A stretch of DNA of 64,000 nucleotides from Stegostoma tigrinum (lineage: Eukaryota). Location of the stretch: contig NC_081396.1 of assembly GCF_030684315.1 (NCBI RefSeq), positions 1,240,001-1,304,000 of the forward strand, read 5' to 3'. The notes beneath the pieces are model-generated. The model did not search any database. It saw nothing but the letters and a program-made list of their open reading frames with translations, and was not told the origin of the DNA. Positions 50,266 to 61,530 of this stretch are shown piece after piece. Each line of letters opens with the position of its first letter. Position 1 is the stretch's first letter. A program made the translations under genes and the position numbers.

Positions 50266-52840
50266 ATGCATGGTCCAGCAAAGGGTATATTTTATGCCAT
50301 TGGCTATCCATTTCTTGCTGTTATTGGTGTTCCTGGTAAGCATTGAAACACACACAAAAAATTATTTAGTTTATGTGTTTATTTTTAAAACTTCCCAGAA
50401 ATGAGGACTCTTCTTTTTACGGTTTGGTCTTAATTTTGGATAACAATCCAATGCTATGGGAGAATAAGTGAGCCGAACTGAATACTTATCGCCTTCTAGA
50501 GACTGATACGTACATTAAAATTCATTTTATTATCGGGATCATGGAGTGTTTCAAGATAATTCCACTTCATTATGCTGTACATTAAATAAAATGCTGTTTG
50601 AATTGCTGAAATATAAAACATACAGCATGAAATTCCAACAGCATTAAGCTTCTGTACAAGTGAATAGAAGCGTTCTAACGTATTTAATTTTGATGAAAAA
50701 GACATGCCTTTATTTTGCAAGAGGACATACTGGTCATGCACCAATGATATCACGAGCTGTTTGAGACTTGGCTGAAAATTTCACACTGCCAGCTGGGGTG
50801 GGTTTACGTTCAGTTAACGAATCTGACAAACGAGTTTAGTGCCTATATGAATTACCAAAAAAATAGAAAAGTTAAAAAAAAGTTCGCTTAGATCAGTTAT
50901 GTCCCGCAGAGATATAAATTTATCATCTTTTTCTGGTCTATCCTTCATGTGATTCCAGACATGAGGAAATATCAGTGACTCTGAACTGTCGTCTAAAATT
51001 GTCGAGCAAGTGATTTCCCTGGCAATTAGTGATCATCTTGCAACTGAATGAACTACAATCTTTGTTACTGATGATGGACTTTTTCTTGTCCAGATAGACT
51101 TTAAACATTTGGGTTATATTTTTTGGGAAAATGTAGATTGCTATCATTAACAGATGTCATTGTCACTGGAAAAAGTGAGCATTGTTTGGTTATCTCTCGT
51201 TAGCATTTTACAAGGTTAATGCATGACTCCTGCCATACCCATTACAGTACGTCTTAAAAAATGTTTTATAGGAGTTTCGAAAAACACATTTTAGATCAGC
51301 ACATCGTGGAAACTTCGTCCCAGACGGCCAGCAACTTGGTTAAAAAAAGTAGAGTACCAGGAAGCCTCTGAAGATGAAAGGGGAAACAAGACCATTGAAA
51401 TAGGGAATTCCGCAGATTCAGCATTAACAGATAAAGGCATAACTATCATCGATGAAGCATTGATACCAACGATGCACAACATAGTTGCTTGGCGACACTT
51501 AGATTTCACGGACCTTCGAAATTTGGCAAGAATTGGAACGGTAAACCTGTGGATGTTTGGAAATTTAATGGATGAGATATGAAAGCCAGAACATTGTTGC
51601 AAGGGGTGAGAAGGCCGATCAATCAGCATAGACCTGTCGAATGGAAATTATTTGTTCTGCATTAAAGTACTGGCAGCAAATGTTTCAACTGAACTTAAAT
51701 TGGAAGGCGTGGATGGACATTGTGGCCAGAGGGCAGACTTTGTGATGAGCCACATGGCAGTATTTTGTCGAATGGCAAATGCTTAATTAGAATTGGGCTT
51801 TAACGATTTATTTGGCTCTGTCTGGTTCTGGAGGAAGTTGGACAGATCAATTGCTTTCTTCCTTGCAACAAATTGGTACAGCATTATCTCATGTTTCGAG
51901 TCCTGCCCTCAACAGCTCTCTATTTTAATCTCTTACAGCAAATTTGGTGACGATCATAATTCTATCAAGGGGACAATGTGGACTCTCTCGGTGTGTAACT
52001 TACTACTTGGAGGCAATAGCAGTGAGCGATTTCCTCGTCATTATCACTGGGTGCATTCTCAACCGAATCAGTCGCATCTACTTTACCTACAGTGCACTGT
52101 CTACAACTCCTGGGTGTGCACTGAGCGCCGTACTGGTCTACTTTAGCCGGGATGGCTCAGTATGGCTGACAGTGTCCTTCACCATTGACCGTTTTGTGTC
52201 CATCTGCTGCCAAAACCTGAAGAACGGATACTGCACGGAGAAAACAGCGTCACTGGTCATAGGCATTGTCTGTCTCGTGAATGTTATCAAGAATGTCCCT
52301 TTTTACTTTTCTTACAATCCTTTATACACTCTGAATGGTGTGCCCTGGTTTTGTGAAATCAAGTCAACATATTATATTTCATTCGCTTGGCGGGCCTATG
52401 ACTGGCTAGATCACATTTTAATGCCATTTATCCCATTTTTCCTCATTCTATTGCTCAACATCCTGACCATCCGTCATATCTTGACAGTCAGCCAAGCTCG
52501 TAGGAGACTCCAGGGCACTAAGCATCGCAGTGACCCGGAGTTGGCCAGCCGCAAGAAGTCCATTGTTCTGCTGTTCACCATCTCTCTCAGCTTCCTCCTC
52601 CTATGGGTCATCCAAGTTGTACATTTCCTTTACGTGCGTATTCCAGGAAAGGCTTACTTCTCTGGTTTGGATTTTAATGACCCTGATTACCATCTTCAAG
52701 AGGCGACCAACATGCTTCAGATAATCAATTCCTGCAACAATGTTTTCATCTACGCAGTGACTCAGAAAAGGTTCAGAGGGGAATTGAAGAGGCTGCTGAT
52801 GTGCCCCATTGACACTGTCACCCGTTGCAATAAAGAATGA
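50266..52840 (+). CDS. Intact class A 7TM receptor, GPR139/GPR142-like; exon 1 50266-50335, exon 2 51939-52840; 323 aa
   Basis: Exon 1 MHGPAKGIFYAIGYPFLAVIGVP with phase-1 GTAAG donor; acceptor tcttacag restores GVPANLV (TM1 Asn). TM2 AIAVSD, TM3 SVWLTVSFTIDRF, ECL2 Cys (PWFC), TM5 IPF..LLN, TM6 FLLLW, TM7 NVFIY, helix 8 RFRGEL. 972 nt spliced, with no internal stop. Confidence 0.9.
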
Positions 52841-53464
52841 AAACTGACCAAACCTCATCATGTTGTTTTTCTTCCATGAGGAAGACTCGGTTTGGAGGAG
52901 TTTGTCTGAAATCACTGGAAAGTTTTTAAATCAAGTGTTCACTATTCAGACTGTTAGCCCCAGCAGTGTCATGTTGCAAATACTAAACAGGTTCTGAAAG
53001 AATTGAGTCACTGCATGACTAAATGAGATCCTCAGTCTCTCAAATAAAATATTAGATTTTCACTATTTCAGAAGAAAACAAGATTTCAATAAATGTTCTG
53101 AATCAGTACCCAATACTCATCCAACACCACTGAAAGTGATAGATTTTCTGCTTACTTATATGATTAATCTTTGTGTTATTAATGTTCTTGGCATGTTAAA
53201 TGTCACGTTTCCTGCTTGCAACAGAAAATGCTTTAATTGGATTCAAACACTTGGCGATACCACAAACCCTTAAAACAGAGAGTTAAAGTGTTCCGTGCTA
53301 TGTGTTCTCCAATTGTAATTGTCCATTAACAAGTATTATTGCTCAGCCTATACCGAGGTGTGTTAAGATCGTATCACATTGTTGTGCGTCTGGTAAGTCT
53401 TGAGCATGGCTTTCCTCAAGGTGCATTAGAAAATAACTTGGTGATTGCACTGTCCACTTTTCAG

Positions 53465-53810
53465 GGAATATATCCCAATTCAACATTTTCTGACTGAAAG
53501 TCAATGCTGCAGCTTCGATGTTGATGTGCAATCTCATGTGCCCCAAATAAGCGGTATCATCACTGCACCAAATTGTACCCTAATACCCACTTACTTCACT
53601 GAAAATAATTCCAGTGTATCGAACGGTTCCTCAGCACACTTTGATATGAATACGTTCTGGGAGGTGTTCTGGAATATTGTCTCCTGTTTCTATGTACCAG
53701 GTCATTCTGTTCAAGTTTTTGTCTCAAGTTGACCTGCTGTTGGCAGTCCAGCCGTAAATATCTATTCCCATGCCATGGCTCTATGTATTTTCATTCTTCT
53801 GGGAACGTGA
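53465..53810 (+). pseudogene. Probable fragment of another class A GPCR (N-terminus to TM2)
   Basis: One frame: APNCT..ENNSSVSNGSS (N-glycosylation sequons), then FWNIVSCFYVPGHSVQVFVSS*PAVGSPAVNIYSHAMALCIFILLGT*; spacing fits TM1 (GxPGN) to TM2 (YLxAMAxxD), with both signature residues mutated. Confidence 0.4.
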
Positions 53811-55609
53811 ATCAAAACTGACATTTTAATCAACAAAAACTAAAACGAAAATAAAAAAATCATGAATCACATTCAGCGAAAGCAATTGCCTCTCGCTCTT
53901 GCAGTTAAGCAAGGTTATTTTAACTCCACGCACAATAACTTTGACAATAACAAGAGCGGTGTGTTCACGGCGACACTTCCAGAGAAGTGAATATTGAGGC
54001 CTCACCCAAGAAATGAGCGAAGTGTAAGAACAAGAGTATCCAATATGAGGTTAAACCCATTGAACATGAGATTATGAATCTCAACGATGAAGGATGGAGT
54101 GAACCAGTCTGACTAAAGCCACAAACTTGATCACAGACAGATAAATCTTTGAATGCAGTATGAGATAAATAAATCGAATTCCAAAAATCCAGGGTACCAA
54201 TACTTTTTGTTCAATCATTAACATTATTCACAGCTTCTACTTCTTACGCTGCAAGTCCTGAAAAAAAAACAACTTTGCTACGCATTTTCTTTTGTCTTTT
54301 TTTTCCCCCGGATTTCATATTAGTCTGATAATAGTCTAATATTTAAAGCAGACGACCTTAAAAATACATATCAATTATAATTACTAACCTGATGAAGAAA
54401 GAAATTATTCACTAATAGATATGCCATATTGGTTAATTTCATATTTACAAATCTGCTTCTCATCCAATGAACTAATTATGTTAGGAATAGATTGAGAACC
54501 TGCCTTTTATTCATCAGTGTCGTGTGGGCATTAGATAAGTTGTGCTCTGATGTGGATGCTAGATATAGATTCTGTGATTACTTGTAATCTGAAATGAATG
54601 TACAAGGCGGCATGGAAATTCAATTGTTATGAAAGCATCAGAACATGGCTGAAGAAGAGTCATATTGGAATCACAACATTAGTTCTGTTCATCTCTACAC
54701 AGATAATGAAATTAATTATGAGTTTTTCGAGCAACCGTTGCTTTATTTTATATTTCATCATGCACAGGATTGTTTTGAATAAATCAATATTCACATTAAA
54801 TCTTACCGTCGCGTTTGGTACGTCCTTGAAAATGTAAGTCATTGTCCTGCAGTATTGTCGCACAAAAGTCCGATTTCTGTTCACTTCATATTCAAGCTAA
54901 GTTTACTTTTCGATCTAAGGTATTTTAAAGAAAACAGTGACTTCCATAAATGTTCTGTTGACTTCATGCTCATGTCATATACACTCCCTTACTGGCGGAT
55001 CAAGGTGCCAAAGGATAGCAGACGTCTTATGCAAGAGCCAATAAGTATGGAGCTAGAAAAACAAAGTAGGTCAGACAGCACCCGAGGAGAAGCAAGTCAA
55101 TATTCTTTGAAGAAACACTTCGTGGGTGCTGTCTGACTGCTGTGATTTCCCAGTTCAAGATTTATTGACTTTGAATGAAGCTCGCTGTAATGTGGGGTAT
55201 CAATTTTGTCACGTGAATTTGACCATCACTCTGAAATATGCTTTTCTTCCTGCTTTGTGAACAATCACAATAGCTGGATCGTGGAGTCTCTAGCTCCTGA
55301 ATGTTGCCAAAGCTGTTGTTTAAAACAGAAAAAAAATGACTGGCAGGGTTAATGAGAAATGTTGGAACATGATGCAACATGGCTACAAATCAAGCCATAA
55401 TTCATCGGGAAGAATGGCAAAATTCCCCGGTTTTGATTCTGGAATCATTGTATCATGTAAATCCATCAATATTGATGCACATCTTAGCGTTTAAATTGTG
55501 ACGAAGGTGCGAAGGTAGTGGTTTTACCCCACACAAATTTGAATACTGCCTAATGTTTTTATGCACACTCCATACTTTAAAAAAAGCGGTCACAGCATCA
55601 TTTGCATGG

Positions 55610-55741
55610 NNNNNNNNNNNNNNNNNNNNNNNNNNNNNNNNNNNNNNNNNNNNNNNNNNNNNNNNNNNNNNNNNNNNNNNNNNNNNNNNNNNNNNNNNNN
55701 NNNNNNNNNNNNNNNNNNNNNNNNNNNNNNNNNNNNNNNNN
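55610..55741. other. Assembly gap (N run)
   Basis: 132 N. Confidence 1.
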
Positions 55742-55929
55742 GACAGACACATACACACGTTTTATTATCACTGGCTATTCATGAACCCACCACACACTGA
55801 TATGCATTTATGCAAAATTTGACCCACCTGAGCTACCTGATTCCTTGTCCATGTATAAGTTGCTTTGGATTCATGGGGTGAAGACAATCTCTCTATCGCA
55901 AACCATTGCTGTAAGTTGATGTAAGTTGA

Positions 55930-57560
55930 AACTCCCTCAAAAAAGGACGGAAACATCTCTTTGGAGGTACTGTTGCATTGTAAGTGGAGGAATTGATGGA
56001 GAACGATATGTTGGATGCGACGGTTGGGAGTGTGAAATGTGACGGCTTTATTTTCTATTTGGGGAGGGAATGTGAGGGCAGAAGTATTGGAAACACAAGA
56101 GATGTGTTTGAGGACATTTTGGACAACCAGAGAGGTAAGTTATGAAATGTGAGGATATCTAGGGCATGTGGGAGAGCCCCATGTAGAAAGTCAACACTGC
56201 AGAGGGTGAGGAATTGGGAGAATGGCTAATCGTTATTTCCGGAAGGTGGGTGAGCCGAAGGTGTCGCCTGGATAACAGTGGGAGTAGGTGATTTTGAAAC
56301 AGATGCCATATTCGAGGCAGACACTAGAGATGGAGAAAGAGAGGTACAAGAAGGAGATGGAGATATTGGAGCTGGTCTCGGTGATTGTGAGAATGGTGCA
56401 AAAGCTGTCAGTAAAGTTGAAGAACTGTGCAAGCTCCTCGTGGAAGCACCGATGCTGTCATCAATATAACATAGGAAGACGTGTGAGAAAATGCCAGTGT
56501 ACCAACGGAAGAGGGACTGTTACACTTATTCTACAAAAAGACAGGCATAGTCTGGGCCCATGTGCGTGCTCACTTCCACAGCCACAGTGTGTCGAAAGTG
56601 GGTATATTTAAAGGAGAAGTTGTAAAGTGTAAGGATGAGGTTGTTTAAGTGGATGAGGGTGTCGGTGCTGGGAACAAGGGGCGAGGGAATGATTATCCAT
56701 TGTCAACATGAGGTGTGGCGTAATCAGGAATTTGGAGGAGGTGGAGAACACAGGTGGTGTGCGAGAAATGGATGGGCGTTCTTGCACCGGGCGAGAATAC
56801 CAGAATTTGGGGAAGCAGATACAAGTCCATTGGAGCAGAAGCAGGCAGAGGCAATGGGTCTTTTGGGGAAGTCAGGTTTACAGATTCTGGGAAGCAGATA
56901 GAATCGGGTGGTGTGGGGCTGTGGAATGATCAGTGCGGAGTTTGTGTGTGGGAGGGCTCCGAGGGTGATGAGGTTGTGATTGATATGCGAGATGCTAGTT
57001 TGGTGGCCAGGCGTGAGGACAAGATTGAGGGGCTTCTGGGAGGAGGTCTCAGTGAGTTGGCGCTGGGCCGCGCATATATAAATTTCACTGCACCATACTA
57101 CTACTGTGCCCTCATTAACTGTGGGTTTGAATGTGAGTCTAGGATGAGATTGAAAGGAACGGAGGGCTGCACATTCCGTTGGAGAGAGGTTGAAGAGAAT
57201 GTGCCGGGTTGAGAGGTTGATGTGATCGATTTTGTGACGACACTTGGAAATGAGGATTTCAAGAGAGGGTAGGAGGCCATGGGGTGTGTGCTGGAGGAAT
57301 TCCTCCACCTCCATTGCATTTGTTCCTCATATGCGGCTTTCCACTCACACACCTCCCAGACGCCCACTGGTCTGTATGTATATCCTTCTTGAGGAATACC
57401 TTGCAATGAAGGTCAGCATTGTAACTTAGGATCAAGCATGGACGAATTTCACGGGTGTTCTGGCGAACACCTGCATAAGAGGAAGGATTGTTTTGTGCCT
57501 TAAAATGGAGGTGTGGGTAGGAGTGTAACATTAAGTGACTGGAAGGTAATGATATTTTAT
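55930..57560 (-). mobile_element. Penelope-like element RT region, decayed
   Basis: ORF 56724-57314: NLSPTECAALRS..LTFKP..GTVVVW..RFYLLPRICKPDFPKRPIASAC, the PLE RT N-terminal motifs (KPADKG, LPKIHK, RPI). Confidence 0.85.
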
Positions 57561-58379
57561 CATTTTCAAAACTGAAATTATATTGTCTTTCACCATTTCG
57601 AGCATAACTGCTCAGAGGTCACACAAGACCAGATTAAAATCCAACTGATTATTAGAAATATCACGCTTTCTAACGTTGCTGCTTCATCAGGTGCCTTAAA
57701 CCGCTGAAGAGGCAGCCATTCGAAAGCTGTGACTTCAAATGAACCAGTTGCATTGTAATCTGTTGTGTTGTGACTTCTGACTTTGCCAACACCAGCCCAA
57801 CACTGGCACGTCCAAATCACGTAAAATTAATTCTGAACGAATGCAGAACTCAATGTACTTATGTTGGTTTGGACATTCCTTGTTTAGAATTTAACTTGAT
57901 CACCGTTCCCTTTTCAATCTATGCGGCAACGTTTTATTGAATAAAGAAGTTTTGTCACAAGACATTGTTTCAGAATATGGTGAAATTAATTTACGATGGA
58001 ATTTCTTCACCCAGACAGCCGTGCATATCTGGCATTGTCCAAAGTACACTTGTGGAGTTTCTTCACTGAAAACATTTTAATAGGAGGTAACTGCTTTCTT
58101 GGACATATTGGGAAGTTTACAGCTTGGATGACGTGTATGAAAGGAGCCAGTGTGGTGCAACTGTGTTGTGATCTTATTAATTGAAAGGTTCTGGCTTGAT
58201 AGCCTGAATGGTCTGTGTTGCTTCGTATTTATTATGTTTTCCCGACATATCTAATGACCTAAACCCAGGAAATCAGTAATTATCCAAAGAAAATAGAAAT
58301 TTGATTTGCACACTCAGTCAAACTTAGTGCTGGTTATCTTCCCCTTTTCACAATTAATGTGCAGCACATCTTGAAATCT

Positions 58380-58748
58380 TTCGACTATCAGTCAAAGTCG
58401 AAACACTAATATGAATGCAACCAGCTTCAAGATACATGTAGTAATATGGAGACTACATGCAGTAACATGGAGACATAGTCATAATGTGTCACCTGAATTT
58501 AATGTTGTTTTGGTTGAAGACAGAAGGAAAAGAACGAAGGAAAGGAAGAAATTGTATAAGAGATTGCGAATTTTATCAGCTCTGTATAGAAGGGGAAAAT
58601 CACCAGCAGAAGAGCGACACTGTTTTCTAATGGAGCTCAGTAGTCCAAATCCATTTTAAGTAACGATCTTGTGTTCGAGGACGCCAGCATGTATCACTGT
58701 GTGATGAAGGCACATTGTGACAAAGTGCAATCGGCCTGTACATTATTA
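58380..58748 (+). pseudogene. Decayed TCR V pseudogene (V1-like 3' end)
   Basis: RILSALY../..SILSNDLVFEDASMYHCVMK (compare V1 ILSAIL..ILSIANPVLSDAGVYHCAMR); heptamer CACATTG (58711-58717), 22-nt spacer ending TGT, ACATTATTA. The 5' boundary is uncertain. Confidence 0.6.
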
Positions 58749-59157
58749 TGCTTACTGTTGTATCTCTGCTGTCATGTGAGACATTTCCCACTGCAGGAGC
58801 TTTTGCAATATCAACTATTTTCAGCGAAAACAAAACTACTGACACATATTTAAACATGTATCTTGTTGAGCTTCATAATGTTATAAAGACTACTGCAGAT
58901 GAACTGCATAGGAACACGTGAAATGTACTTTTCTTTGTTCAGTTCAGCAGCACACGACTTGGGTAACACAGAAGAAAAGAACGTCTGAGAATGAAAAGCT
59001 GGAATTTAGTTGCCACCTCCAGTAGTTAAGCAGAATGAGCCATACATCTGGCAACTGCAGTACTTCAATTCAGAACTTCCCAATTCTGTTTTCTGATAAA
59101 GAGAACTGCACACAGAATAATTCTAATTTAAGAAACATCGAGAAGATTTTATTCATA

Positions 59158-60036
59158 TTACCGTGAAAAGAAACCATTTAAAACGGAGAAGGTATTCATT
59201 ATCATCTTCTTCAGCTGCTTTCTGAACTTGGACTGAGAAACAGCATATATGAAGACGTTGCTACAAGTACCAAGTAATTGGAAAACTTTGATGGTCTTTT
59301 GACGGTCAATTGAAATTCCTGGTGTTAAAGTCGGCATCGACTTTATTTCACGGGTAGAGAACATAAATGACATAAGTAACCCAAAGAAGAAGGAAGCTGA
59401 GAGAAATGCTGAAGAGCAGGACAACAGACATTTCCTGGTCGTCACCATTCTCAACTCGCCAGAGCCTCCTGCTAGCCTGGCTGGCTGCAAGGTTGAGTCT
59501 TACCGTCACGACTTTGAGCAGCAGAATGAGGACAGATGGTGGAAAAAAGAAGTTAATATTCGTGCTCGTCAAATGTAGACCTGCCAGACTGTCAAGGAAC
59601 AGTAAATGGCCATGATATCAAAAAGACAGGGGACCTCATGCACAAAGTATAAAGGCTGGTACATGAAGTCATAAGGAATGTTCTTTATGAGGCTCAGTGC
59701 ACAGATGACTGCCATGACTCGCAACACAGTTAACACAGTGCTGCATCTTGCCTTCAGGGTCTTGGAGGAGATGGCCACAAAACGGTCAATAGTAAAAGCC
59801 AATGTCTACCAAAGTGATGCATCCCGTGACATAGAGGAGCACATCACTAACACTGCATGCTTGAGTAACAGACAGAATACTGTGCCTAAAGTCGTTTCTG
59901 GGGATCCGGTTGAGTAAACAAGCGCTGGTAAACAAGACAAGTAAGTCAGCCACCTCTATGGATACCAGGTAGAAAGCAATACACCATGAGACTTCACACT
60001 GCCTTTGGGAGAGAATTATAACTGGTATGAGGGTGG
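59158..60036 (-). pseudogene. GPR139-like receptor pseudogene (exon 2), paralogue of 50266-52840
   Basis: Acceptor ttgttgcag at the same phase-1 position; ATLIPVIILSQRQCEVSWCIAFYLVSIEVADLLV, AFTIDRFVAI, IKNIPY, SVVLLFSISLSFLLLW and CSNVFIYAVSQSKFRKQLK lie in different frames (several frameshifts). Exon 1 not found. Confidence 0.9.
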
Positions 60037-60636
60037 CTGCAACAAATAAAGAGAGATGTTACCCAACGAGCTGTAACACACTAGCTACAGCTTTTTTCAA
60101 ATCTTTTACTGAAACTCTCTTCCTCCACCAGAACTCACAAAAGCTCATTCATACCATTTTCCATACAGTTGCCACCTTTGTGCTTGGTGAATAACCTCTC
60201 CAGCTCCGTCACTTTTTCGATGCTAATACTTCTGACCTGTAAATTTGAAAATCCCCCTGGTTTCTCAGAATTCATGAATAAACAATACCATCAGAATTCG
60301 AAAAGTGCCTCAATTTATGTCCTTTTGTGAATGCATGTTATTGATGCTGGATGATGTTATTAATTATCAGTACTCAAACAGATTCATCATTCAATACCAC
60401 GCAGTGCATTTTATCTTTCAGCCATCGAATAAACTGATGACCCAGAGATACAGAGGCTTATAATTTTTTACGTGTGAAGAAGTGGACTTGTGTTCAGGTG
60501 CCACATTCTCGTCCGCTTTCGACAATCAGTTGAGGTCCTACGTCAAAAAAGGAAACTTCTTTTCCTATCTCTAAAGTGCTTGAAATTATTTCATGTCTTT
60601 TAGATTCCATCTTACTTACATCATTGTTCTTGGTGA

Positions 60637-60772
60637 NNNNNNNNNNNNNNNNNNNNNNNNNNNNNNNNNNNNNNNNNNNNNNNNNNNNNNNNNNNNNNNN
60701 NNNNNNNNNNNNNNNNNNNNNNNNNNNNNNNNNNNNNNNNNNNNNNNNNNNNNNNNNNNNNNNNNNNNNNNN
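60637..60772. other. Assembly gap (N run)
   Basis: 136 N. Confidence 1.
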
Positions 60773-61119
60773 AAATGCATTTGACGTTGCTCGAGACAGA
60801 ATCTGGAGAAAATGTGAGACTAATTGCATTTGGCGAACAAGAAGAAGACTTGGGAAGACACGGCATCAACATAACTTTAGGAAATTGTTGAGCATAATTG
60901 AATGTGCGCAGTCGCATGTATTGCTATTAATTAGCATGTTCCGACTTCTTTCATGTAAGTGAATTGGCCTTTGGAAATTGTGCAAGATTGACAGAACTAC
61001 ACTCAGAACCGAGAACAAATCGTACACATCAAGTGAAGGAACGATTTCTGTGGTCTGTGAAGTCTATTCTCACAGAGAGTTTGCCCGTGAGGGATGAAGA
61101 GTTCAGATACAGGGAGTAA

Positions 61120-61530
61120 TAGAGTCTTCGAGCTGTACAGAATTGAAACAGACCCTTCAGCCCAAAATGACCATGCTGACCAGATGTCCTAAATGAATCT
61201 AATCACATTTGTTAGCATTTTGCCCATATCCTCGAAAACATTCCTATTCATATACCCATCGAAATAACTTTTAAATGTCATAATTATACCAGCCTCCACC
61301 ACTTCCTTTGTTAGCTCATCCCATACATGAACCACCAGCTGCATGAAATAATTATGCCCCCTCGGTTCCTCATAAATCTTTCTGCTCTCACTTTAAAACA
61401 ATGCCCTCTATTTTTTATTCTTTTGACCATGCCACCCGAGGGGAAAAATGATTCGTCCAATCACCTGAGGAACTTATCAACCTCGACATTCTCTGTCTCC
61501 AACGTTCCAGTGAAAATACTTTGATGAACT
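61120..61530 (-). mobile_element. CR1 LINE 3' end fragment
   Basis: gaaacagacccttcagccca..ccatgctgacca..; same 3' end family as about 23345-23640. Confidence 0.7.

Noticed and set aside
55453-60962. ORFs containing poly-X
   Set aside because: Artefacts of reading through the N gaps.
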